From Moellerella wisconsensis ATCC 35017 (GTDB lineage: Bacteria; Pseudomonadota; Gammaproteobacteria; Enterobacterales; Enterobacteriaceae), in the NCBI RefSeq assembly GCF_001294465.1, contig NZ_LGAA01000006.1:106950-170949 (forward strand): a stretch of 64,000 bases of DNA, given 5' to 3'. Shown piece after piece: positions 1 to 8,969 of this stretch (positions are counted from its first letter, which is position 1; each line of letters starts with the position of its first letter). A program made the translations under genes and the position numbers. The notes below the pieces were generated by a model. It was not told the origin of the DNA and ran no database searches. It saw nothing but the letters and a program-made list of their open reading frames with translations.

Positions 1-607
1 TTATTATGATATGCAGATACACAACGTGTTTGAACGCACCACCAATGGCTGGTTTATTCAAATGGATAAGCAGTTGATTTCCGGCATTGAACTGCAAGCA
101 CGCTATGATAGCGGAAGAGTATTTGGTAATCTTAGCGCAAGTTATAATATAAAAACGAAAGTCTGTGATGAAGACTCTTACATTACCATGAATGTATTCA
201 ATAAACTCAAGATCCCAGATTGTATTGATGGGGGTTATCCTGGGGGATCATTACGAACGTCAATCCCGCCTAAATATTCGATTCATGCTAATCTAGGGAT
301 CCGACTTTTAGACCAAAAATTAAAATTAGGTAACCGTTTTATTTATCACAGTAAAGTGGTAAACAAAGATGAAACTTATTTGAGCACAATAATTCCAAAC
401 TTATTTAGTGGTAGCAATAATAATCCAGTACGCTGGAACCCTATTTTTACGATTGATTCATATATTAACTACCAAATTACGCCAGATACCTCTATTGAGT
501 TAGTTGGTACCAACATGCTAGATGAATATTATCTAGATCCACTCACTCGCTCGATGATGCCAGCCCCAGGGAGGACCTTTAAATTATCTATTACCAGTCA
601 GTTTTAA
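1..607 (+). CDS. TonB-dependent outer-membrane receptor, C-terminal fragment (5' end lies outside the window). It is a paralog of the 3007..6081 receptor.
   Basis: The frame is open from position 2. The translation aligns residue-for-residue with the last ~200 aa of the 1024-aa receptor at 3007..6081 (YYDMQIENVFER...GRTFKLSLSSQF). It ends in a terminal aromatic F, as TBDR barrels typically do. Confidence 0.8.
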   Translation, partial: YYDMQIHNVFERTTNGWFIQMDKQLISGIELQARYDSGRVFGNLSASYNIKTKVCDEDSYITMNVFNKLKIPDCIDGGYPGGSLRTSIPPKYSIHANLGIRLLDQKLKLGNRFIYHSKVVNKDETYLSTIIPNLFSGSNNNPVRWNPIFTIDSYINYQITPDTSIELVGTNMLDEYYLDPLTRSMMPAPGRTFKLSITSQF

Positions 608-1467
608 TTAATTTCATCTCTAATTATAGTCAGTAAAAACATTTTAATTACCCCACTAGTAATTCATTTGTATTGTTAGTTTTTCTGGCTGTGCTTCGGC
701 ACAGCCTTATACCTATTTAATACAAATAATACTCTATTTAATTATTTCAATTAAAATCGCTATCCTAATCCCCGAAAATAAAACTTCAATTAATTGAAAA
801 CCAAAGGGAATAAATTTAAATATAAAATACATATACAGCAAAAACTTATATATTAAATTAACATGAAATATGCATGAAATAAAAAATAAAATATTAAACT
901 CTTTGTATTACAATCCACTAATGAACTTTTAGCAAATTAAACGATCAACTAGGACAAAGTAGTTAATAATAACTATTTACCTTGCTAAAAAATCGGTATA
1001 TGCTTTCTTACATCAACCCACAAGAATAACCAAATAATCAATTACCCTTACAGATGAAACGGTGAAATAAAGGAAAAAATCAAAACCAGTATTAATATTT
1101 ACATTAAAATAAAGTTAATATTGAATATAAAGACAACAATTTCACCAATCATTATTTTTATTATAAAAACGAGATAACTAAAACGTACTAAAATATAGAT
1201 TAATTAAACATATAATCCTACAAAACAGAATATTTATTGGAACAAGGAAAAATATGAATAAAAAATAAAACCACTCCTAATAACTCTATAGATCATAAAT
1301 GAAAAATGAGACATAGATAACACGTAAAATATAAATGATATAATAAATAATGTGATAGAAAACATAGAAGTTATCACACATATAGAAATCATAACTTATT
1401 TTTATATAGTTTATATAGTTTAATTAACGCAACAACCAACCATTAAAATATTAAAAAAAATATTTAA

Positions 1468-2283
1468 ATGGCTATTAAAATGAATAAGGATATTACAATG
1501 AATAAGGATATTACAATGAATAGAGATATTAAAATAAATAAAGTAAATATAGCCGTCATCTTAAGCACTCTCATTACGGCCCCTTTAGCTCACGCCGCAT
1601 TAGGCTTTGATAAATCACCCGACGTAGACCTACAAACAGTTACTATTAGCGTCGGTCCTTCAGAAGTAAATACGCCTAAGCACTTCGCTCCACTTGGCTC
1701 TCCCGGCATAGGCATCTCACTTTTAGCGGACGGAAAAAGAATTGCTTTTCAAGGATTAAGTCTTATCCCGAAAGATGATAATGGTATTCATGACTCTTCA
1801 TTAGTACCTCCTCACCATAAAAATATTGGTATCTACCGCTTTGGGCAAGTAACTGACGAAGACGTTTACTTTGGTGACTGGGCGTATCAAGAAGGTGAAG
1901 AACACTACCGTAATATATACTATGCAGGGCAACAGGTCTCTACTGACCTCCCTACAGAAGGCAGTGCCACCTATACTACCCAAGGGATTAGTGCGGGTTA
2001 CAGTGAAAATGGCTTAATCACCGGTGAGCTAATCGCAGATTTTGCTAGCAATACCTTAATCGGCGACTTAACCAATGCTGAATTAGCATTAAATATCAAG
2101 GCAGAGATAGCCAGTGATCAAGGTCATTTTAAAGGGGATGCAATTATGCAACACGATGCAATCACTCATAATGGCGAAACCACAGGGCACTTTTTTAATA
2201 GCCAAGGCAGCTCCCTTGCCGGTATAGCGACTTTTGATAGTGCCCGAGAGTATGATTCAAGTTTCTCTGGGAAGAAACAATAA
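1468..2283 (+). CDS. Secreted hemophilin/HphA-like protein with a TbpB-handle-like C-terminal beta-barrel (copy 1). Probable type XI (Slam) secretion substrate. The true start is probably the ATG at 1498 or 1516.
   Basis: There is a signal peptide with an AHA/A signal peptidase I site and no lipobox Cys. The C-terminus ...GHFFNSQGSSLAGIATFDSAREYDSSFSGKKQ matches the characteristic TbpB/HpuA/fHbp/hemophilin C-terminal barrel ending (GxFYG...AGxF.A.KQ). It is a paralog of 6556..7329. Four in-frame ATGs lie inside an 18-bp tandem repeat at 1480..1533; each repeat unit carries its own AAGGA Shine-Dalgarno. Confidence 0.6.
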   Translation: MAIKMNKDITMNKDITMNRDIKINKVNIAVILSTLITAPLAHAALGFDKSPDVDLQTVTISVGPSEVNTPKHFAPLGSPGIGISLLADGKRIAFQGLSLIPKDDNGIHDSSLVPPHHKNIGIYRFGQVTDEDVYFGDWAYQEGEEHYRNIYYAGQQVSTDLPTEGSATYTTQGISAGYSENGLITGELIADFASNTLIGDLTNAELALNIKAEIASDQGHFKGDAIMQHDAITHNGETTGHFFNSQGSSLAGIATFDSAREYDSSFSGKKQ

Positions 2284-2490
2284 TCTCATTTTAAATAATC
2301 TAACTTTATATATTCAGTATCGAATTATTCGAGTAGTTTGAGTGGTTCGAATAATTCGAGTAGTTAACTGAGTTAATGGTGAAAAAAACAATTATATGGT
2401 AGTTGTACTATAATTATAATTTGACTTACTAAATTGCAAATAAATATTGAAACCAATAAGCCAATATATTCTGAGAAATGATTTATCTCA

Positions 2491-2518
2491 ACACCGGTTA
2501 TTCCTCCGGTGTTTTTTC
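2491..2518 (+). terminator. Rho-independent terminator-like hairpin (ACACCGG-ttattcct-CCGGTGT followed by TTTTTT) downstream of hemophilin-like gene 1.
   Basis: A GC-rich inverted repeat is followed immediately by a T6 run. Confidence 0.5.
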
Positions 2519-2638
2519 ATTTTATTTTTATGTTCAATAAATATCTCCTCAGCAATAATTTCAAATTCAAGAATATTTACTCTTTACACCGTACTAAAAA
2601 ATTGATTAAACTCCGCAACTTAATTAATACCTTAACTT

Positions 2639-2830
2639 ATGCATAAACCAACACACAGCCATGATGAAAAGGATTTTCAAATGCCTGAATTAAATTCAAG
2701 ATACAATTTGAATGCTATTAATTCCTTAAGCCAAATATTTACCCCTCTATTATCTACAATCGATATTCCTGCATCCTATTTTTATTTAACTGATCAAATA
2801 GGCCAATACTTTAATAAAAAAACAATATAG
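2639..2830 (+). pseudogene. Decayed remnant of a Slam/DUF560 (type XI secretion) gene.
   Basis: This 63-aa ORF contains SHDEKDFQ, which matches SHNEKDFQ at the N-terminus of the intact 454-aa Slam-like protein (7535..8899). Weaker similarity follows. It occupies the position between the hemophilin-like gene and the next receptor where an intact Slam sits in the second copy. Confidence 0.45.
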
Positions 2831-3006
2831 ACCAAATAAACCCGTACTTTATAAGGTGATATTTATAAGATCATATGTCTATTTTCTTTGTTTAGAATAA
2901 TACCATCATAAAATACCGGGATTATTTTTAAGCTCAGAATATATCATCATTATAAATATTAATTAACTTCATCACATCACTGTATAGACAGAAAGGTAAG
3001 GATACC

Positions 3007-6000
3007 ATGTCTCAACTTTGTACCCGTTATTCTAATCTGGCAATTTCGATTTCCTTATTACTCACATCAGCGCTTTATGCCTATGCTACGGCAATAGTCC
3101 AACAATCTAAAACATCTATTGGCAATATTACTATTAAAGAAATAACCACAGATGAAAACTCTGCAGCTGACCAGATTTACGATAAAGATATATCTAATAG
3201 CTACATTGGAAAAACACAGATTGAACGATTTAAAGGAACTTCCCCCGGTGATATCTTTAAAGGAACAGTCGGTGTTTTCAGCGGTGAGACCCGTAATGGG
3301 GGAGCGATTGATCCTAATATTCGAGGAGTTCAAGGGCAAGGCCGTATCCCCGTCACCATCGATGGAACAGAGCAAGCCATTACCGCTTATCGAGGCTATT
3401 ATGGCGCGAATAACCGTAATTACCTCGACCCAAATATTATTCGCAGTGTAGATATAGAAAAAGGCCCCTCATTATCACAAAATATGCGCAGCTCTATCGG
3501 TGGTGGTATCGCTATAAAAACTATTAATATCAATGATGTGGTTAAACCTGATGATAACTTTGGTATTAATGTAAAAACTGAAGTAGGCAATAATGCCATT
3601 AAACCCAGATTAGCCAAGCTGATTTATGGCGAAGATTATCGAGATACTACTCACGATTTATTCGATCGCTATACTTTTAATGATAAAGATATCAATATCC
3701 GCACCCACAATAGAAATGAACATGTTTTACACGGGATCAATAGCTATTCCTATCGTGTTGCCGTCGGTTTTCGTCAAGAATTATTTGATTTTATGCTCGC
3801 CTATAGCCATCGAACTAACGGTAACTTTGCTAGTGGTCACCGTGGTGCAAAGGGATATAGCGCCCCTTTTACTGAGCAAGATAGAGACAGTTATAGTGGA
3901 AAATTAGGACCAGATTCGGCTAAATATCATCCCGATCCTTTTTTACCCTTTGCCGCCAATGTTTATCAGCCCGGTCATGAAGTCTTAAATACCTCCAATA
4001 CTGCCGATACATTATTAATAAAACATAATTGGCGTATTAGTGATCAGCAACAATTAAACTTCACACTACGAAAAACTCAGCTCTATTTTGGCGATATAAT
4101 GCCTTCTCGACTCGCAAATTTCGCGCCCGAAAATGGCTTGCTACCACAATGGCCTGAAGGTCAAGTCGTACAGCAAGCCGGCAGTATTAATCATAAGATT
4201 CGTTCAGAAAAATATTCGGCTTTAAATCTTCACAGCAGCATCTGGTTTGATAATACGGATAGCAAAATTAATACCGCAGGTGGATTTCCTCGTTACCCGA
4301 CAGAAGTTGACTTTATGCATCAAATTCAAGGTATCAAAAATCCACATAAAGATGGCAGTTTAATTGATAGCGTAAGTAATCATACGCATAATAATCGTTG
4401 GGGAATTGACCTAAAAAATGACTTTCGCCTAACTCGTCACAACTTACTTACCCTGTCTGCGCGTTTTCAACATGAAAAAATGACTAATGTGAATCCCTAT
4501 AATAGCGGCTATGCCGTGAATACCTTTTGGCCTCCACGCGAAGGACGACGCCAAGAATATCATCTCGGGATTAATTATGCGTGGACACCACTAGAACGCC
4601 TCACTCTTAATGCCGGTATTCAATATAATGCGTATTGGTCAATCGATGATTTCATCAATAAACGCCGAGCAGCAGCAGACACGCAAGTAACTCCAAGCCC
4701 TGAGCGAATATCTTTATCCAGTAAATATCAGCGATTATTCACCCCACAAGAAAGTGAAATTTACCAACGCTATCAGCAACTACAAAAACAAAACTTATCA
4801 TTATTTGGGCAAGTACGGCAGCAGCAAGCTAAATTACGCGCTGAAAAGCGAAGCGCGACCACCGAAGAACAACATGCAATAAAAGCCATAAAACAACAGC
4901 AGCAACAAATATCACAAGAAACCAATAACCTGCAAAAACAATACAGTTATATAAATAAATCCGTGCAAGATAAAGCAACAGGACTGAACTATCACAATAT
5001 CAATTTTATTCAGCTAGTCGATGAACTTACCGGCCAACTGAATAAACAGGACAATCCTTTTTATACCGGTGAAATTGATATTAATCAGCAGCAATATGAT
5101 CCGATTAGCCAGCAGAATATCGATATTTATAAAGTGGCTGCATCAGCCCATCAAGGCAAACCTCTATTAGACTTTACCCATAAACGCGGAATTATAAACC
5201 CTAAAAAACCCCTCCCCAAACGCACTGCATGGGATTGGGCACCGGTACTTTCAGCCTCTTTAGATCTGACCGACGACTGGCGTATGTATCTGCGTTATGC
5301 AGAAACTATTCGTATGCCATCTCTGTATGAGGATACCGGTAATATAGCTGGCCAGCGCTACCATAAACCTAAAAATCAATTTAAGCCCGAACGTTCAAAA
5401 ACAGTAGAAATAGGCAGCGTCTATAATTTATCGCAGCTATTAAAAACTCAACATCATGCTGATATTAAATTAACTTATTATGATATGCAGATAGAAAATG
5501 TGTTCGAAAGAAATTATTTATCTCAAACTATTCAAATGGATAAACAACTAATATCAGGTATCGAATTACAAGCACGCTATGATAATGGATTATTTTTCAG
5601 CGATGTTAGCGCCAGTTATAATTTAAAAACAAAAGTCTGTGATGAAGATTCCTACATCGCAATTAATATGTTTAATAAATTACCTATCCCAAACTGTATT
5701 GATGGCGGTTATCCTGCTGGTTTTTTACGCACATCGACGCCCCCAAAATATTCACTTTATGCCAATATTGGTCTGCGCTTATTCGATGAAAAATTAACGC
5801 TCGGTAACCGATTTATCTATCACAGCAAAGTGATCAATAAAGATGAAGCCGATTTACAAAAACGCTTACCCAGCGCCTTTGCTGGCTTTAGTAATAATCC
5901 TCTACGCTGGAATCCCATATTTACTGTCGATGCCTATATGAGTTATCAGATAACTGCAGATACATCAGTAGAATTAGTAGGAAGTAATATGTTAGATGAA

Positions 6001-6081
6001 TATTATCTTGATCCATTAACTCGCTCGATGATGCCAGCACCGGGGCGAACGTTTAAATTATCGCTAAGCAGCCAATTCTAG
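3007..6081 (+). CDS. TonB-dependent outer-membrane receptor (1024 aa), likely a heme/hemophilin receptor (HphR/HpuB-like). It carries an unusual Q/K-rich predicted coiled-coil insertion.
   Basis: It has a signal peptide and an N-terminal plug region (GETRNGGAIDPNIRGVQGQGRIPVTIDGTEQA). The barrel is long and has the C-terminal ...GRTFKLSLSSQF with terminal F. The gene lies immediately upstream of a hemophilin-like gene, Slam and TonB. Confidence 0.85.
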   Translation: MSQLCTRYSNLAISISLLLTSALYAYATAIVQQSKTSIGNITIKEITTDENSAADQIYDKDISNSYIGKTQIERFKGTSPGDIFKGTVGVFSGETRNGGAIDPNIRGVQGQGRIPVTIDGTEQAITAYRGYYGANNRNYLDPNIIRSVDIEKGPSLSQNMRSSIGGGIAIKTININDVVKPDDNFGINVKTEVGNNAIKPRLAKLIYGEDYRDTTHDLFDRYTFNDKDINIRTHNRNEHVLHGINSYSYRVAVGFRQELFDFMLAYSHRTNGNFASGHRGAKGYSAPFTEQDRDSYSGKLGPDSAKYHPDPFLPFAANVYQPGHEVLNTSNTADTLLIKHNWRISDQQQLNFTLRKTQLYFGDIMPSRLANFAPENGLLPQWPEGQVVQQAGSINHKIRSEKYSALNLHSSIWFDNTDSKINTAGGFPRYPTEVDFMHQIQGIKNPHKDGSLIDSVSNHTHNNRWGIDLKNDFRLTRHNLLTLSARFQHEKMTNVNPYNSGYAVNTFWPPREGRRQEYHLGINYAWTPLERLTLNAGIQYNAYWSIDDFINKRRAAADTQVTPSPERISLSSKYQRLFTPQESEIYQRYQQLQKQNLSLFGQVRQQQAKLRAEKRSATTEEQHAIKAIKQQQQQISQETNNLQKQYSYINKSVQDKATGLNYHNINFIQLVDELTGQLNKQDNPFYTGEIDINQQQYDPISQQNIDIYKVAASAHQGKPLLDFTHKRGIINPKKPLPKRTAWDWAPVLSASLDLTDDWRMYLRYAETIRMPSLYEDTGNIAGQRYHKPKNQFKPERSKTVEIGSVYNLSQLLKTQHHADIKLTYYDMQIENVFERNYLSQTIQMDKQLISGIELQARYDNGLFFSDVSASYNLKTKVCDEDSYIAINMFNKLPIPNCIDGGYPAGFLRTSTPPKYSLYANIGLRLFDEKLTLGNRFIYHSKVINKDEADLQKRLPSAFAGFSNNPLRWNPIFTVDAYMSYQITADTSVELVGSNMLDEYYLDPLTRSMMPAPGRTFKLSLSSQF

Positions 6082-6555
6082 GACGATTAATTTGAGTGAT
6101 CCTTTGGCTGCCTATTAATATAGCCAAAGGATCCCCTTTATAATCCAGTATATTTGTAAGGAATTACTTTAATTTATTAATATCAAACAATAACCATAAT
6201 AATAAGATAAATTTAAAAATTTGAAAAAAACATTTATAAAACCAATTACATTATCAATTAAAAATAAAATCCAAAAAACACATTAGAATAAAATTAAAAT
6301 ACAGGTAAATAAATTAACTCATTGAATAAAAAAACAATTATTAAAATTAAAACAGATAAATTTGTTGGAAAATTAATAATATTAAAAATTATCGTTTACC
6401 CGATTAAAAAGCTAGTATATGCTCATCTTATTCCCAAACAACCTCCTGTTATATCGAGTGATTAGATTGAATGATAGGGTGTAAAACCACTAAAAATTAA
6501 TATAATCACATTTGCGCGTTTCTAATTAATATTAAATTTCAATAAGGATATTGAA

Positions 6556-7329
6556 GTGAAATTATTAAAATCTATTGTTATATTAAGTACTGTTTGTTGT
6601 GCGAATTTAGCTTATGCAGATTTAGGATTTAATAAATCAGCCGATCTAGATGACCAATTAGTATTTATTAATATCGGTCCCTCAGAAAGTTCCTCATGGG
6701 TTCATCCCGCAGCTTTAGGTTCCCCTGCGATTGGCGTCTCAGTAAAAAGTAATGGACTGAGAGTTGCCTTTAAAGGCCTGCTAAATTCACTGTTTTATAC
6801 CATGCCCACCGATAAACATGATATCTATGACAGCTCTCTTGTACGCCGCCCCGGGACTCATACTAATATTGGTGCCTATAGATTTTCTAAGCTAGATAAT
6901 GACGAAATTTACTACGGTGAATGGACATATCAATCTGAGGACGCCGACTACCGCAATGTTTATTATACCGGTAAAAATACTACGACTAATATGCCAACTG
7001 AAGGGATCGCTATCTATACCACTCAAGGGATAAGCTATAACAGTCACCAAGCGGGACCAGTTACAGGTCAGCTAACGGCAGACTTTGCCAAAAATACCTT
7101 ACATGGTGATTTAGCTAATAACGAATTATCCTTGAATATTGATGCCATTATTATTGATAGTAGCAATCAATTTTCTGGCAACACAATAATGACTCATAAT
7201 AATAATAACTATATTGGTAATTCAGAAGGTCATTTCTTTAATGATCAAGCTGATGCTTTAGCCGGTATTGCCACTTTTAAAGATAATAGCCAATATGACA
7301 CTAGCTTCGCGGGTAAAAAACAAGATTAA
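6556..7329 (+). CDS. Secreted hemophilin/HphA-like protein with a TbpB-handle-like C-terminal barrel (copy 2). It starts with GTG.
   Basis: AAGGA sits 8 nt upstream of the GTG. The signal peptide has an AYA/D cleavage site. The C-terminus ...GHFFNDQADALAGIATFKDNSQYDTSFAGKKQD matches the same family motif. Identity to 1468..2283 is roughly 40-45% by eye. Confidence 0.6.
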   Translation: MKLLKSIVILSTVCCANLAYADLGFNKSADLDDQLVFINIGPSESSSWVHPAALGSPAIGVSVKSNGLRVAFKGLLNSLFYTMPTDKHDIYDSSLVRRPGTHTNIGAYRFSKLDNDEIYYGEWTYQSEDADYRNVYYTGKNTTTNMPTEGIAIYTTQGISYNSHQAGPVTGQLTADFAKNTLHGDLANNELSLNIDAIIIDSSNQFSGNTIMTHNNNNYIGNSEGHFFNDQADALAGIATFKDNSQYDTSFAGKKQD

Positions 7330-7484
7330 GCTTTATCACTAACCAGATAATTTTTTATCTACTCGTTAAATTAATTAAATTTATATTATAACCATCTATT
7401 TAATTATTCTAGGTGATAATAATTAAAAACGTAAAATATTGGCGTATATTTATCAATATCTAAATAATAGATTAACTCACTAAA

Positions 7485-7512
7485 CGCCGAGATTTTCTCG
7501 GTGTTTTCTTTT
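7485..7512 (+). terminator. Terminator or attenuator hairpin (CGCCGAGA-ttt-TCTCGGTG followed by TTTTCTTTT) between hemophilin-like gene 2 and Slam.
   Basis: An 8-bp stem with one G-U pair is followed by a T-rich tract. It lies 23 nt upstream of the Slam start. Confidence 0.45.
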
Positions 7513-7534
7513 ATCTAACGCATAAAGTAAAAAT

Positions 7535-8899
7535 ATGACTAAATTTAATCGATTAAAGTTGTTACTATTTACATTATTCTTAAATTCATTAAACTTGGCC
7601 TATAGCCATGAAGTAATTAACAGCCATAATGAAAAGGATTTTCAAGTGTCTGTATTTCAAGCCGTCAATCAAAAAAACTGGTCTGCTGTTAATGACTATT
7701 CTTCTGAAATTGAAAGAAATATTGGAACAGAGAATAGCCTTTATTATTTTTTACAGGGTATGCTAGCCTTTGAGAGAAAAAATAATTTAGAAGCTATTAA
7801 TTTACTAAATCGAGCAATTCATTATCAACCAGATTTTATTCGTGCTAAGTTAGAACTTATTACAATATATTTAAAAAACAAAAATCAAAATTTAGCAAAA
7901 GAATTAATAAATGAATTATTATCCCATCAAAATATACCGGAGAAAATTAAAGAAAGATTACGCTATTTATTAAACACTCCGGAATATAAGCATACTAATA
8001 CCCGTAATCCGTTTTCAGCTCAAATAGCTATCGGCTATCAATATCAAGATAATATCAACCAAACAGCTGATGGCGATTCAATATGTACAGAACAACATCT
8101 TACCTCTGGGATATGTTTACAGAAATGGACGGCAACAGAACAAGATTCAGCTCAAGGAGTTTTCTTACGAACTGAACTAAGCTATCAAAAAAATATTCAT
8201 CCTGCACATGTCTGGCTCAATCAACTTTCTATTAACCATAAACAATATGTTAATGAGCCACAATATAATGAGCTATCTACCCAGATATATTCACGTTACC
8301 AATACCAGCAGCCACGCTATCAACTGCATATCGGGCCTAAAATATATTATGAAAATAGTGGTATTACTGGACACAATTATGGTGTGGGGATCCGCTGGGG
8401 CGGAATATGGCAACCGAGCCAAGCAAGCCAATGGTTACTCATTGCAGGACAAGAAATAAAGCAGCTAAGCATCCCGAATAATCCATATGCTAACGGCTCA
8501 CATTTTTACCATCAGCTAATTATTACTCGGCCGCTGTTCTTTGGTGACTTTTTCCAACTGACTGAGTTTTCGCATCACTATCATCGAGATACCAGTAAGG
8601 ATCATCATCAAATTCAATTTATTACCGGCGTTGACTGGCAATCGATTCCTTACGTTGAACCTAATATTTCTGTCAGTGGGTATCAGCAAAAGTTCCAAAA
8701 CTTCAATACTATCTTACAAGCTAAGCGACGAGATCGCGGAGTTGGAGTCCACGTAAAGATTAAAACTAAACACTGGCAACTGGCGGGTTTTACACCGACA
8801 TTAGCATTTTCACATCATTACATAAAAAGTAATGTTGATTGGCTGTATAGCCATCGGCGGAATCATGTTCAGCTATTTTTTGAACGTCGATTTCAATAA
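7535..8899 (+). CDS. Slam-like (DUF560) outer-membrane protein, the type XI secretion system translocator.
   Basis: It has a signal peptide, then roughly 150 aa of TPR-like helical repeats, then a beta-rich region that starts IAIGYQYQDNINQ (the GY-x-x-N-x-N pattern typical of DUF560 barrel starts) with alternating aromatic residues to the C-terminus. The size of 454 aa fits. It is positioned between a putative substrate and TonB. Confidence 0.6.
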   Translation: MTKFNRLKLLLFTLFLNSLNLAYSHEVINSHNEKDFQVSVFQAVNQKNWSAVNDYSSEIERNIGTENSLYYFLQGMLAFERKNNLEAINLLNRAIHYQPDFIRAKLELITIYLKNKNQNLAKELINELLSHQNIPEKIKERLRYLLNTPEYKHTNTRNPFSAQIAIGYQYQDNINQTADGDSICTEQHLTSGICLQKWTATEQDSAQGVFLRTELSYQKNIHPAHVWLNQLSINHKQYVNEPQYNELSTQIYSRYQYQQPRYQLHIGPKIYYENSGITGHNYGVGIRWGGIWQPSQASQWLLIAGQEIKQLSIPNNPYANGSHFYHQLIITRPLFFGDFFQLTEFSHHYHRDTSKDHHQIQFITGVDWQSIPYVEPNISVSGYQQKFQNFNTILQAKRRDRGVGVHVKIKTKHWQLAGFTPTLAFSHHYIKSNVDWLYSHRRNHVQLFFERRFQ

Positions 8900-8969
8900 T
8901 TTATTCGGCCATGCTGATTAAACCCGTAAGAGTACTATACCGAAGGGTTCTATATCGAAGGATACTACA

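Noticed and set aside
1480-1533. CRISPR array or larger microsatellite; I also considered the 12-nt repeat at 14656..14691.
   Set aside because: There are only 2-3 contiguous units with no spacers. These are simple tandem repeats, not CRISPR. No cas genes are present in the window.
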